Positions 13,961-27,350 of a stretch of 64,000 bases of DNA are shown here, in pieces. The stretch comes from Octopus bimaculoides. Its lineage: Eukaryota. How positions within the stretch are numbered: position 1 is the stretch's first letter; the number at the start of each line of letters is the position of its first letter. The stretch covers positions 42,201,885 to 42,265,884 of the forward strand of contig NC_068984.1 in NCBI RefSeq assembly GCF_001194135.2, given 5' to 3'. A program made the position numbers and the translations under genes. The notes beneath the pieces are model-generated. The model ran no database searches. It was not told the DNA's origin and saw only the letters and a list, made by a program, of their open reading frames with translations.

Positions 13961-14498
13961 TGTATTTATGTATGAGAGTGTGTGTATTATATATGTATAT
14001 ATATATGTATATATATANNNNNNNNNNNNNNNNNNNNNNNNNNNNNNNNNNNNNNNNNNNNNNNNNNNNNNNNNNNNNNNNNNNNNNNNNNNNNNNNNNN
14101 NNNNNNNNNNNNNNNNNNNNNNNNNNNNNNNNNNNNNNNNNNNNNNNNNNNNNNNNNNNNNNNNNNNNNNNNNNNNNNNNNNNNNNNNNNNNNNNNNNNN
14201 NNNNNNNNNNNNNNNNNNNNNNNNNNNNNNNNNNNNNNNNNNNNNNNNNNNNNNNNNNNNNNNNNNNNNNNNNNNNNNNNNNNNNNNNNNNNNNNNNNNN
14301 NNNNNNNNNNNNNNNNNNNNNNNNNNNNNNNNNNNNNNNNNNNNNNNNNNNNNNNNNNNNNNNNNNNNNNNNNNNNNNNNNNNNNNNNNNNNNNNNNNNN
14401 NNNNNNNNNNNNNNNNNNNNNNNNNNNNNNNNNNNNNNNNNNNNNNNNNNNNNNNNNNNNNNNNNNNNNNNNNNNNNNNNNNNNNNNNNNNNNNNNNN

Positions 14499-14534
<36 letters not shown>

Positions 14535-15797
14535 CATATACATACATATATATTATGCGTATGTGTGGGAGGGAAAACGTACATACATTTATACATAGCA
14601 AGAAAGCAAGGGAGAGAGAGAGAAGGAGAGGGAGAAAGGTAGAAGGAGAGTTAATACATGATGAGTAGGTAGAAATCTAAGTGCGTGTAAGCGTGTACAT
14701 ATGTATGTTCTTGTGTACATAAATGTGGAAGGAAGAAAAGAGACAAAAGATAACAAATTAAATAAACACCAAGCAATTGGCAAGTCTCCAGCTGAGAGAA
14801 CTAGAAACCATTTCCCAAGACTTAGTTTATTTAATGGCCAGATGGAGCTGCTTCTAATGGAAATACAATCATTAACAAACTTGACTTAACAGCTTTAGTC
14901 CTCTGGACCGTCGATATATTCAGTGTTTCGTGTGATCTCTTACTAAACTGTTCGGGAAGTTTATATACATACATATAGTTTATATACATACATACACACA
15001 CACATACATACATACATACATACATACATACATAATACATATATACATATCTCTCTCTATATGTAATAGTATATATAAGTATGTGTGATGTGTGTGTATG
15101 CATACACATATATATAAGCATATACATACATAGATATATGTAAATACCTTTATATATATATATATATATNNNNNNNNNNNNNNNNNNNNNNNNNNNNNNN
15201 NNNNNNNNNNNNNNNNNNNNNNNNNNNNNNNNNNNNNNNNNNNNNNNNNNNNNNNNNNNNNNNNNNNNNNNNNNNNNNNNNNNNNNNNNNNNNNNNNNNN
15301 NNNNNNNNNNNNNNNNNNNNNNNNNNNNNNNNNNNNNNNNNNNNNNNNNNNNNNNNNNNNNNNNNNNNNNNNNNNNNNNNNNNNNNNNNNNNNNNNNNNN
15401 NNNNNNNNNNNNNNNNNNNNNNNNNNNNNNNNNNNNNNNNNNNNNNNNNTATATATATTCACATATACATATATTCACATATACACATATACTATATAAA
15501 CATATATACATACACCTATATAAACATATATACATATATATATCCATATAAATACATGTATATACATATATGCATATATATATATACAGATAGATTGATG
15601 GATACATACATGCATACATACATACATGCATACATACATACATGCATACATACATACATACACATACAAACACACACAAATATCTATATATGTATATGTT
15701 ATTCATAAATTTATGTGTACATAGAAATGTGTAGACATACATGTTCGCAGACAAATACATTTGTTAATGTGAATGCGCATATAGAAAGACAGATAAT

Positions 15798-15819
15798 AGA
15801 TAGATAGATAAATAAACAA

Positions 15820-15876
<57 letters not shown>

Positions 15877-15920
15877 CAGCTAGGTAAGTAGATAGATAGA
15901 TAAATAGACAGACAGACAGC

Positions 15921-15951
<31 letters not shown>

Positions 15952-15952
15952 C
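15798..15952. repeat. (GATA)n/(GACA)n microsatellite
   Basis: Direct reading of the sequence. Confidence 0.95.
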
Positions 15953-16717
15953 AGTGTGTGTATGTGGGGAAGAGGGATGAAGAGAGAGAGGGGAAGGAAG
16001 AGAAAGAAATAGGAAGTGAGCATTGAAGAAGAGAAAGTTAGAAAGATACCCCCACAAGCCCAATTCGTAAAACTTAAACCTAAGCAGGAACTTCTACACA
16101 GCGACACATATACAGATCGCACTTCACCACAGGAACATATAAAATACACACACCAAGGCACACGTAGTATCACACATAGACATAGGTTCATATAGACGCA
16201 GCACAAGCCCACACATAAGCGCATTCATCGCTCAAACACACACAGACTACACGAGCAAAAGAATGTTACAGATTGTGCACACAACATATGCAATCACAGT
16301 GACACACAAATGCATACATATGTGTGTGTATATATATGTGTGTGTGTGTGTATTTGTATATATATGTATATATATGTATGTAAGTATGCATACATCATTC
16401 GGACACACACTTAAAGTAAAACAGACATATTTACAAACATACAAACATAGACGAACAACATTTGCACGCAGACTCACAAACATAACACATCACAGAGCAA
16501 ATACATGCACATAAACATACTACGTCACAGGTTCGCACATAAATATACATTACCGTTTGTAAATATGTGTTGTTTCATGTATGGGAATATATGCCCTATG
16601 CTTTTGTCTCTAAAAGCTTATATAATCAATTATAAATGTTTTGCAAAATTTTAAAAAGGACGGGTGTATGTATGTATGTATGCACATACATACATACATA
16701 CACACACATACACAGAC

Positions 16718-16783
<66 letters not shown>

Positions 16784-17152
16784 TAAATATATATATATAT
16801 CACATATATATATATGTTGGTATGTATATGCTGAATGTATGTATTATAGAGCGTGGTGTGTTTGTGTGCGTGTGTGTGTGCATGTCATGTGTGTCTGCGT
16901 GCAGCAATGTCTCGCCGTGTGTGCGAATGAATTCTTCCCTAATACTCCCTCACTCTCATTCTGTTTGCCTATCTATTGACCGATCGATCGATCGATCGAT
17001 CGATCAATCAATCCATCGATTGATCTCTGTGTTTCTCCTATTGTTGGGCTATCTATGCATCTATCTGTGTCTGGATGTATCTCTCTCTGTCATCTGTCTG
17101 TTTCTCTCTCTCTCTTATTCTCTGTCTCTCTCTCTGTCTCTCTCTCTGTCTC

Positions 17153-17205
<53 letters not shown>

Positions 17206-18225
17206 CTATATCTATATCTACCTACATATGTGTGTACATAGATGCATATTTGTATACCTGTATATATATATATATATATNNNNNNNNNNNNNNNNNNNNN
17301 NNNNNNNNNNNNNNNNNNNNNNNNNNNNNNNNNNNNNNNNNNNNNNNNNNNNNNNNNNNNNNNNNNNNNNNNNNNNNNNNNNNNNNNNNNNNNNNNNNNN
17401 NNNNNNNNNNNNNNNNNNNNNNNNNNNNNNNNNNNNNNNNNNNNNNNNNNNNNNNNNNNNNNNNNNNNNNNNNNNNNNNNNNNNNNNNNNNNNNNNNNNN
17501 NNNNNNNNNNNNNNNNNNNNNNNNNNNNNNNNNNNNNNNNNNNNNNNNNNNNNNNNNNNNNNNNNNNTATATATATATATTGAGACATGCGCGCGTGTAC
17601 GCACAGACACGCACCCCACAAACACACATCGTTGTTTCATTTTCGCTGTCTGGCTGTTTAATTGCTGTAGTTCTGCTTTAGAAATTTCCTCCCTTTTTTT
17701 TTTTAATGACTCTATCAGCTTTCGCTAAGGTTAGAACAAGTGCATTATCATAATTGTTATTTCCCTGATACTTATTACTTTTGTCTTCGTTTGATTGGGA
17801 GTTATTATTATTAATACTTTTATTCTTATTATTACATCCTGGGTTTGTAGTTGTTGTTTCTTATCATCCGCCCCTTATCATCTTCGCCTACTGTTCCAAC
17901 TTTCTTTCTGCTTCAATAGATCTTGATTTAGTGTTTTATTTGTAGCTGTTGCTTTCATTGTTCTTCATTGTTACAAATAACCAAGGTATAGCTTGGGTGG
18001 TATTCTCACAATCTAAATATGGATAATGACCGATTGTTAGATGCTTCTGATCGAGATAAAGTGCGCTTTTTGTCCTGCTCAACAATGGAACAAATGACCG
18101 GTGAAATATGGACTTCGATACCTGTGAATTATGCACTTCGAACATGTAACCGCGGAACTAGATAGAGAAATATTCTTCTGCTGTTTCTCGTTTCTGTATG
18201 TAGATGTATATCTATCAAACTATAT

Positions 18226-18520
18226 CAGTGGTTCTCAACCATTTTTGTTTTATCTATGAATCCCTTTAATTACTAAATTACTCTGGTGGACCCCTATAGA
18301 CATTCGATGTTTAAAAACTAATTTTATTAGATACTTCTTTCAAAATTCCCATTGTTTTTCATGCGTTTACTTGCGCAGATTTGCTATAGCACTCTCTTGC
18401 GGGAACATATTTCAGTAGCCAGAATCATGTTGAAACTTAACTGTTTCTTGTAATAAATACATCTAAAACAAAATTTTTTTGTAGACCCTTAAAATACTAC
18501 TGTAGATTCCCAATTTACTA
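18226..18520 (+). mobile_element. Probable one-ended hAT/Charlie-type non-autonomous element
   Basis: Begins CAGTGGTTCTCAACC, a typical Charlie-group TIR. No matching right end was found and the extent is approximate. Confidence 0.35.
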
Positions 18521-19065
18521 TTTTGCTTACGTCAACCCCGAAAGACAACTCCATCTCTGCTCCGCAGACACACTTTCTTCTCGCTCTACTTTTCCTATCA
18601 ATACTAACCTGGCTGTCGTTTCTTTTGGAGCTCCATGGTCTCGTACCACCTGCATTCATGCATTCTTGATTCATGCATCTCTTGCCCGTCTCATCATCCA
18701 TAACGTGTTCACCTTCCAGTTTCAGTTCTACGTCTAGTTCTTCTTTCTCTGAATATTGAGTCCTCTGGAACCCTCCCTCACCTATGTTCACGTTTTTCCA
18801 GCAAATGTCCGCTTGCAACAGTTTAAACGGAATGTAAAAGGCATAGATGTATAGCTACAGCTCTCGATTTATATATATGTGGTGGATGAGACGTGTATTA
18901 GTGTCTGTGTTTCTGTCTGTACATGTGTGTAATCCATATCTGTTTTGGTATTATACATACATACATATATATATAGATAACACACATGCACACACAGAAA
19001 CACAGACACTTATACTCGTCTCATCCACCACACATATATACATATATATTGTGCGTACGTGTGGT

Positions 19066-19110
<45 letters not shown>

Positions 19111-19664
19111 CTGTTCATACATGTGTGTGTGATTGTTGGAAGAGGCGGGTGAGGCGCGGTAGGGTGGAGCTAGCTATAATTGCTTTGATCTAATCTGTTC
19201 TTCCGTTTTTATTAGGGTATGATTTGAGGGGAATTTGAAAACTATTTCCAATAGGTCAAAGAAACTCGAACTGCCTCCCTTGTTGACAAGAGCGGCAAAG
19301 CTTCTTGTAGGTTATTTTATTAGTAGATGATGATGATTATGGTGATGTCGATGATGTTGAAAATGATGTTTAGTCTCATTGAACAGACCTATGATCAAAT
19401 GAGTTCCAGCCATATTCGTCTCGTCTATTTGTATGTCATTGTCAAATGTATGGCTTTTTATTTAAGCCGGTTGAACGTCATTGATAGAGATTGGTGCAGG
19501 TGGTGATGTTGATAGCATGTAGTAATGGTGGTAGAAGGGGCGGTGGTATTGGTGGAGATGAAATAAGTTTCATGTCGAGTGTTCCGTGTTAATTTTTGCA
19601 TACGTGGCAGTCATGTGACGAATGCAAAAGGGACACTGCAATGACGGTGGTGGTGTGGAAAGAG

Positions 19665-19736
<72 letters not shown>

Positions 19737-20160
19737 TATGTCGAGATGGAGGTGTTGGTAGTTGGGTGCGTATATAAGTGCCAGTGGTGTTATGGTGGTA
19801 GTTGAGTAGAGAGTATAGGATGGCGGTGGGAGAGAAATCAAATAATGAGATAATCAGAACATGGCACCTTCACTTTGCTATGACGGAACCAACCCCGCTT
19901 TTTGACCTTGTTTTCATAAGTAGAGGAATAATAATAAAAATTACACACACACACACACACACACACATACACACATATATATATATGAACATACATGTAT
20001 GAATGTGTGTGTATATATATATATATATATACATACATGCATACATACATACCTTCATTAATACAAAATGTAAGTGGGCGAGCTTGCATAATTATGCACG
20101 AATAAGTATGGAGAACTATAGAGTCGGACTGTAACTATGCCTGACACCTGATTTCAAATA

Positions 20161-20745
20161 CTAGATTGAGTCAAAAGTTTTTTCGTATTTCAAGCTTTAA
20201 TAGTTTAATCGAATTATCTGCGAAAAGCGTTTATTCATCAAAATATATCCTATCATATTCTATTGTCTGTTGCCTTCGTTGTACCAGAAACGCAATTCCA
20301 TGCGTATACCATTTGGCTGGTTTAGAGACAAAAAACACCTTGAATTCGTTTTCAACTTCATCCATATTGTTTTGAACCTCCGTTCGTGCAGAAAACTAAC
20401 TATGGCACCGGAAAGGTGGTAATCAGATGGTGCAAAGTCTGGGCTGTCGGCAGGAAGAAGCAGCATTTCCAACCCCTCAAATTACTCAAGTTTGTTCTTC
20501 GTGACGTCGGCGATGTGTGTTGGGTGCGCGCTTCATCGATTATTCAACACCAGGTAGTAGGATTTCAAAGCATCATAGACTCGCAGCAGTTGTTGAGCAT
20601 CAAGGTGAGCGTTCACAGTATGACCATCTGGGACAAACTTAAAGTGCAACAACCTCTCAAAATCCCACCAAACACACAACATAACCTTCTGTTTAACAAC
20701 AGATTCTGAAACCTGGCCGGAACGAAGCTGCTGATTTCTCTTAGG
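20161..20745 (-). mobile_element. Mariner transposon remnant (3' half plus TIR), family A
   Basis: Minus strand gives KVMLCVWWDFERLLHFKFVPDGHTVNA, ADSPDFAPSDYHL and WYTHGIAFLVQRRQQTIEYDRIYFDE*. The terminal TA+CTAGATTGAGTCAAAAG resembles Hsmar1-type TIRs. Confidence 0.9.
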
Positions 20746-22150
20746 ATTACGAAAATAGAAATAGATTCTGTGTCTGTGCGCGCGCGCGCGTACTCATATT
20801 TTTGCCTATATACATTGCATGTAACACATTAGTTACTATTGATATCAGTTAAAAGCTTTTTCGGATTTTCATAGATGATTTTTGCGACATACATCTCCAT
20901 GTTATATCATTAATTTGATACAACCTATTGTCCATTCATTTTGAATTGTTTATTCCTAAATTTTGTATTCAACATATTCGTACATGAATTGTTTACTCTT
21001 GGGAATCCACTGACAAAAGTACTAAATCTCCCTTTTCCAAAGAACTTTAGATACAATATTGCATTAAACGGATATTCTGTCCCTTGAATAATTGTATGTT
21101 TGAAGTTGGAATGTCGTGATTTAATTTCCGTATTGGGCACTCTGGAAATTTCGAATTCCAGAATCTTATACTTCGAAAAGATGAATATTGAATTTTAATA
21201 TAATGGTCTTTGACTAGGTGGATCTACACTTTACCTTTTGCGTTTGTGATGGATATCAAAGATTATGCATCACGAACTTCGTATCTGACACCTGACATAA
21301 TTTATTATATTATCATTGATTATATATCAAATTGTCTTGCGTTGTATTACATAAGTGATGTTGCAGATTTGCAATACCTGAGCTGTTAAATCTGCACCAA
21401 GTAGCGCTAAGGTACTGTATATATAAATTCTTAGTGACATCATTGTCCCTCCGAAATGAACGCTTCAAACCAAAGTATTTTCTGGGATAGCGATAAAACT
21501 ACTGTGTTGCAGTACATCGAAATGAATATCAAATACTGCATATCACACACTGTATAATGTGTTTCTGGTATTGCATTTAGATGTAATATTTATATTTTTG
21601 TTTCTTGAATTTTGATATTTTTGATATCTTTAATACTTTAATTTCACATTTGATACTGATATAACCCTAGAAATCGTAGTGAACCTCACCATGTTCCTTT
21701 ATCTTGTATCATCACATTTCACTATCTTAGTAGTTATATACCCTTCTAACTTCACTACTTCTTTGAGTCCTTGAGTTGTACTATTGCTTACACGTTGTAT
21801 TGAAAATAACGTTTAGGCAAAGATGTTTTATAAAAAACTACTTCACCGTTTTGTATATGTCTAAGTCTCTTGGCTTTTGGTGATAGGTCGGACTATTGTC
21901 GTGCTGATGGAGGCTGTTGAGTCTGAAACGTGTTCACAAGTGGCCTCTTGTATCTAGAAAATAAGTATTCCTTCCCCTAATGGCATGACATGTCAGTTTT
22001 GGAGAATCTTTCTACCTTGAGATTATGTTCTCTTGTTAGTCATAATTTCCATTTGATAATTATGATACCACCTCCGGAGGGGGAGATAATTTGATAAATC
22101 AAACATTTTTTTGTATAGTATTTGACATATCGGTTCTTACTAAGTATATA

Positions 22151-23198
22151 TCACGTCACCCTATAAGTTCTGTCCGATTTTACCTTATCTAAAATTGAAT
22201 GAAATTTAATAGTATTCTAGAATGTCTAATGGAATTAAAAATCAATTTTATGTATTTGTGTACATTTAAACTAATTAAATATTATTTTACAGAATAATAA
22301 AATTAAAATTTCTTTGATTAAAACCCTTTCTAACATGGAAGTATCCAAAGATCATTTGAGGCACATAATGTTTTATGAGTACAAAAAAGAAAACTCTGCA
22401 GCCGAAACGACTCGAAACATACACTCAGTTTATGGGAAAAAATTCTTCAATTAAGGAACTTGCAGAAGACGGTTTGCAAAATTCAGAAGTAGAGATTTCA
22501 GACTTGAAGATGAAGATCGAACAGGACGTCCAATTGAGTGTCTGTGTTTCTGTCTGTGCATGTGTTATCCATATCCTTGAGGCATTACTTGAAGAAAATA
22601 CTGCATTTATCAGTTGACGAGTTAGCAATAAAGCTTCGTTCAAACCATACAACTGTTCATCGTGATCTTCAAAAACTTGGAAAGGTTCCTAAACTTGGAA
22701 AATGAGTGCCTCATGAATTGTCCGAAAGCAACCGCAAATCCCCAGTTGACATCTGCTCTTCTCTCCATTCTCGCAAACTTATTTCACCCTTTTTGGATAG
22801 ATTTGTGATGGGTGACGAAAAATGGATCTTCTATCGAAATGTTAAACGGCGTAAACAGTGGCTTGGTAGAAGGGAAAAAGCTCAACCACAACCGAGAAGG
22901 GAACTTCATGGGAAAAGATTCTTTTCTCTATCTGGTGGGATTGCAAAGGTGTAATTCACTTTGAATTGTTACCACCTAATGCAACAATCAATGTTCAAGT
23001 CTACAGTAGGCAGTTAGAGCGTTTGAGCCAAGCTTTGAAGAAAAAAGACCCGCTTGAGTGAATCGAAAAGGAGTGATAATTCATCAGGACAATGCGCGAC
23101 CCCACACTGCAAAGATCACATCATAGAAGATCGAAGAGCTTGGTTGGGAAAAAATTCCTCATCCACCTTATTCTCCCGACCTTGCTCCTTCAGACTAT
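22151..23198 (+). mobile_element. Mariner transposon, family B, 5' TIR to YSPDL motif (defective, runs into gap)
   Basis: TA+TCACGTCACCCTATAAGTTCTGTCCG TIR. ATG at 22335 gives MEVSKDHLRHIMFYEYKK. Motifs K*VPHEL, GDEKWI, HQDNARPH and HPPYSPDLAPSDY are present, with multiple stops and frameshifts. Confidence 0.95.
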
Positions 23199-23402
23199 NN
23201 NNNNNNNNNNNNNNNNNNNNNNNNNNNNNNNNNNNNNNNNNNNNNNNNNNNNNNNNNNNNNNNNNNNNNNNNNNNNNNNNNNNNNNNNNNNNNNNNNNNN
23301 NNNNNNNNNNNNNNNNNNNNNNNNNNNNNNNNNNNNNNNNNNNNNNNNNNNNNNNNNNNNNNNNNNNNNNNNNNNNNNNNNNNNNNNNNNNNNNNNNNNN
23401 NN

Positions 23403-23455
<53 letters not shown>

Positions 23456-24529
23456 TATAAGTATATGTGTTTGAGTAGAGCGATGAAGAGTATGAGGTAA
23501 AGGAGTTAGACAGATAAATCAAATGACGAAAAAGGTAAGAAATGGGAAAGGAAAAAATATGAATCAATGTGTTCGTACATTAAAAATATATACAGTTGTC
23601 TACTCTGGTTTTTGCGTAACCGCTTTTCACGGCAAGATTTCCATTTTAAAATTTAACTATAGTCAAGTATTTTGTTTCTTTTATTGATAATTGGAGCCTT
23701 CGGGTTGTGCTTGTTGAACGGAATCAACATAGCTTTTCACATTGTTGCTTTTCTTTAAAAATAGTTTTTTAAGTAAGTGGTTTCTTTTTAAATTGTTCCT
23801 CATCGTTTCCCCGCATCTTTTTATTGATACCATCTCTTCGTTTTCACATTCTTTCTCGATAATTTGCAAGCCTAATCTAGGAAATACCCATTTTGTTTTT
23901 ATTTGAAGTTTCAGTTTTCATTTCCTCATCAATTCTTTTATATTTCTCTTCACTTACGACTGCTCTCAGTTTCATAAATCCCATTTCGTTTCTCATTTTG
24001 TCAAGGGACAATTTTTGTTGTAGATGTTTTTTTAGTTGTTCTGCTACTTTAGTTGTAATTTTCTTGGTAAGTTTAACTGGTTTTGAGGTTAATGAACGTT
24101 AGTAAATTTCCTCTTTGTTTCGATTACTCAGCATATAAAAAACGTGAGTTTGCTTTTTAAGGAAATTGCTACTAATAGAAATAATATTCTTTTTTAAAAA
24201 CCCAAACCCAGAAATATAGGGACATGAGATGGAACCTGGTTATGAGAAACATTATCACCTATACAAATAGGTATACTCAGTAAGAACTAAAAATTTCATC
24301 AAACCTTCAAAAGTCTGAAAGATAACTTCTGTAGAAAGCGATGAAGTAAAAAGGAATAACACTCCAAAAAGAGGAAGAAATTTGGCCGTTAAAGAATTAT
24401 AGAAATATATTACAAATATTTCAATATGAGCTACAGGAAGTAAACAAACAAAATTCATCGTTACCAGGCAACACTGGACATGTTTGACTATTATAAATTA
24501 AGACAAAAAATAAAATTGATAATGAATAA

Positions 24530-24823
24530 AACAATCCAATAAGAGAAGTTCCGTTATGTATGCAGAATACCACAAAAACGTTATGCTAAATATGCTACAG
24601 AACAGTATCTAGTTTGAGGAAGCTAGAAACTACAATCCTGCTAAAAGTTATGAAATAAGTCTCTGCTTGACTATATTTTATCGGAAGTTTCAATAGATAA
24701 AGAACTGGATTATATTACAAATTTTCGATATAAACGAGCAACTCTCATAGCTTACCAAGAGTACACAAAAATAAATTGATCATCGAAGCATGCGAAAGGG
24801 CGAAAACTAGTTGTGCGAATATA
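24530..24823 (+). mobile_element. Penelope-like RT N-terminal fragment
   Basis: VMYAEYHKNVMLNMLQN...ELDYITNFRYK / SNSHSLPRVHKNKLIIEACE resembles the PLE NFYGLPKVHK region. Confidence 0.65.
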
Positions 24824-26484
24824 TCCTCATCCACCTTATTCTCCCGACCTTACTCCTTCAGACTCTTTCAGTTAATATCAAATAACAAGCTTTACATAAG
24901 GAAATCATTAGAAATGAACAAACAGCTAATAGTAGATACTCGGACTCGTTAGCAGACAAAACTATAGAACACTATAGGGACAAATATAACCAGTAAAATA
25001 CCCAGTAAAGTATATAAACCATTCATTTAGTTTATTCTACATTAAGCAAATGCACCTTATGAAAACGGAAGAGCTTCTATTTAAAAATCATCAAACAGAA
25101 AATATTATGTATCAGACTTAATCATGTATTAAACTTAATATGTATTACATTAATATACATTACAAGAACAAAAATTGCAAAACCTCAATATGAAGCCATA
25201 GACCTGCTGAACATAACGTAGATAACCAATATAATGTACAAATTTCACTGCAAGCATAAGAGTTGTACACTTCACGACTTAGACTATTATACCGGACCGT
25301 TTCTTGTCGGCCTATTTTCAATAAAGAGCTATTTAACACATTATAATACAGATCATAATAACAGACTAGATAGGAAAACCTCCAACACATAATACAGATC
25401 ATAACACAACCTAAATGAGAAAATCTTCGTTGATTACACAAGCTAGAAGAAAGGTTACAACTGGATTTAAGAGTTTAGCAATCTAAGACCCGGTAATGAT
25501 TATTTTATCAATTGAAAAAATCATTTTTATGATCTTTTGATACCAAGAACAAAACCGCCCAACTATTATCTCATTATTTAGTAGATTACGTCTAGAAAGT
25601 CTTGAAACATTTAGGGATATAGTACGGTTATAGTTTTAAAATAAATACAAAAATCAATAAGGTAACATGAAAGATTGTTAATAAAATGATTATACTCGAG
25701 CACAGTATTGTTTATATATGCTGGATACAATAATATGCTTTTATTTGTACTTTCATTTTTTAATATGAGAGTAAAGGTGGAAGTAAATTAAAGAGGGGTG
25801 AAAATGTAACTGTTGAACGAGAAACAAATGAAGATGGGTGGAAATTATAGACGATGGTAATTAAACAGAGACAAAACGAGACTTATTACTGTTGATTTGA
25901 AACAAATTTCCTCAATGGACTGTCAGATGACAAGACATTGCTACCGGACTGAAATATGTAATTTTCTTTAACATCTTATTTGTGTAATCATGTTTCAAAT
26001 CCATTATCGAATAAATGACAATGTCTCGTACAATTTTATATTCCTTAAACATAAATAATTTCCATTCTATAAATGCTGATATAACTCTTCTCAAAGTTAG
26101 ACTAATTTCTTAATTGCGCTTGCCACAAAACAACAGCAAAAAAAAAAAAAAAAATGTGTACACAACAGGCACACATGTTTCATTTGACACTTCTGTTTTT
26201 AAGCCTTATACGCCAGGGAAACTATGAAATTATGTGAGACTTTAAATCAAAAAGTGACTGCTGTCCAATCGCACTGCACATGGGAGTTAACAACAGGAAA
26301 TGGAATCAGATTTCCTCTAGTCCCTCTAATTAAATTTTCTTCCTCTGAGCAATTATGCATATTGTCATTATTTTTTCTATAAATACATGTACATGTAAAC
26401 ATACAAAATTCCACTTATAAATCTCACAACGCGCGCGCGCGTGTATCAGGGCATATCTTTGCACAAAGGCTTGTGAAATATATA

Positions 26485-27350
26485 TCAGGTCATCCCATAA
26501 GTTCTGTCCGAATTTTGAATAAAGAAAACAAGTGATCAAATGTTATATTTTATTTGAAATTTAATCATCAATGTACTTTCCCTGGTTATCTATGACTTCC
26601 TTCCATCTATTTACAAGCTTTTTAATCCCATCAATGTAAAACTCTTTTGGTTTCAAAGAGAAAAACTCTGAAATGTCAGTTTCGACTTCCTCCTGGCTTG
26701 CGAAAGTTATGTCCCCCAAATGATTCTATAAACTACGAAACAGATGGTAGTCTGAAGGAGCAAGGTCGGGAGAATAAGGTGGATGAGGAATTTTTTCCCA
26801 ACCAAGCTCTTCGATCTTCTATGATGTAATCTTTGCAGTGTGGGATCGAGCATTGTCCAAATGAATCATCACTCTTTTTCGATACACTCAAGCGGGTCTT
26901 TTTTCTTCAAAGCTTGGCTCAAACGTTCTAATTGCTGACAGTAGACTTGAACATTGATTGTTGCATTAGGTGGTAACAATTCAAAGTGAATTACTCCTTT
27001 GCAATCTTACCAGATAAAGAGAAGAGCTTTTTTTCCATGAAGTTCCCCTTTCAGTTGTGGTTGGGCTTTTTCCTTTTTACCAAGTCACTGTTTACGACGT
27101 TTAACATTTCAATAGAAGATCCATTTTTCGTCACCCGTCACAAGTCTATCCAAAAAGGGTGAAATGAGTTCGCGAGAATGGAGAGAAGAGCAGATGTCAA
27201 CTGGGGATTTGCAGTTGCTTTCGGACAATTCATGAGGCACTCATTTTCCAAGTTTAGGAACCTTTCCAAGTTGTTGAAGATGACGATGAACAGTTGCATG
27301 GTTTGAACAAAGCTTTATTGCCAATTCTTCAACTGATAATGCAGGATTTT
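26485..27350 (-). mobile_element. Mariner transposon, family B, 3' TIR plus C-terminal two-thirds (defective, runs into gap)
   Basis: TA+TCAGGTCATCCCATAAGTTCTGTCCG TIR. Minus strand gives NPALSVEELA, K*VPHEL, GDEKWI, YSPDLAPSDYHLFRSL and KLVNRWKEVIDNQGKYIDD*. Confidence 0.95.

Noticed and set aside
25160-25441. 93-aa minus-strand ORF with faint mariner-like VMICIM..YYDL
   Set aside because: The resemblance overlaps an imperfect ~47-bp tandem duplication, and no catalytic motifs are present.
26647-26829. 60-aa ORF sharing SLKEQGRENKVDEEFFPNQALRSSMM with the ORF at 23116-23448
   Set aside because: It is the antisense frame of the mariner transposase in the two inverted copies.
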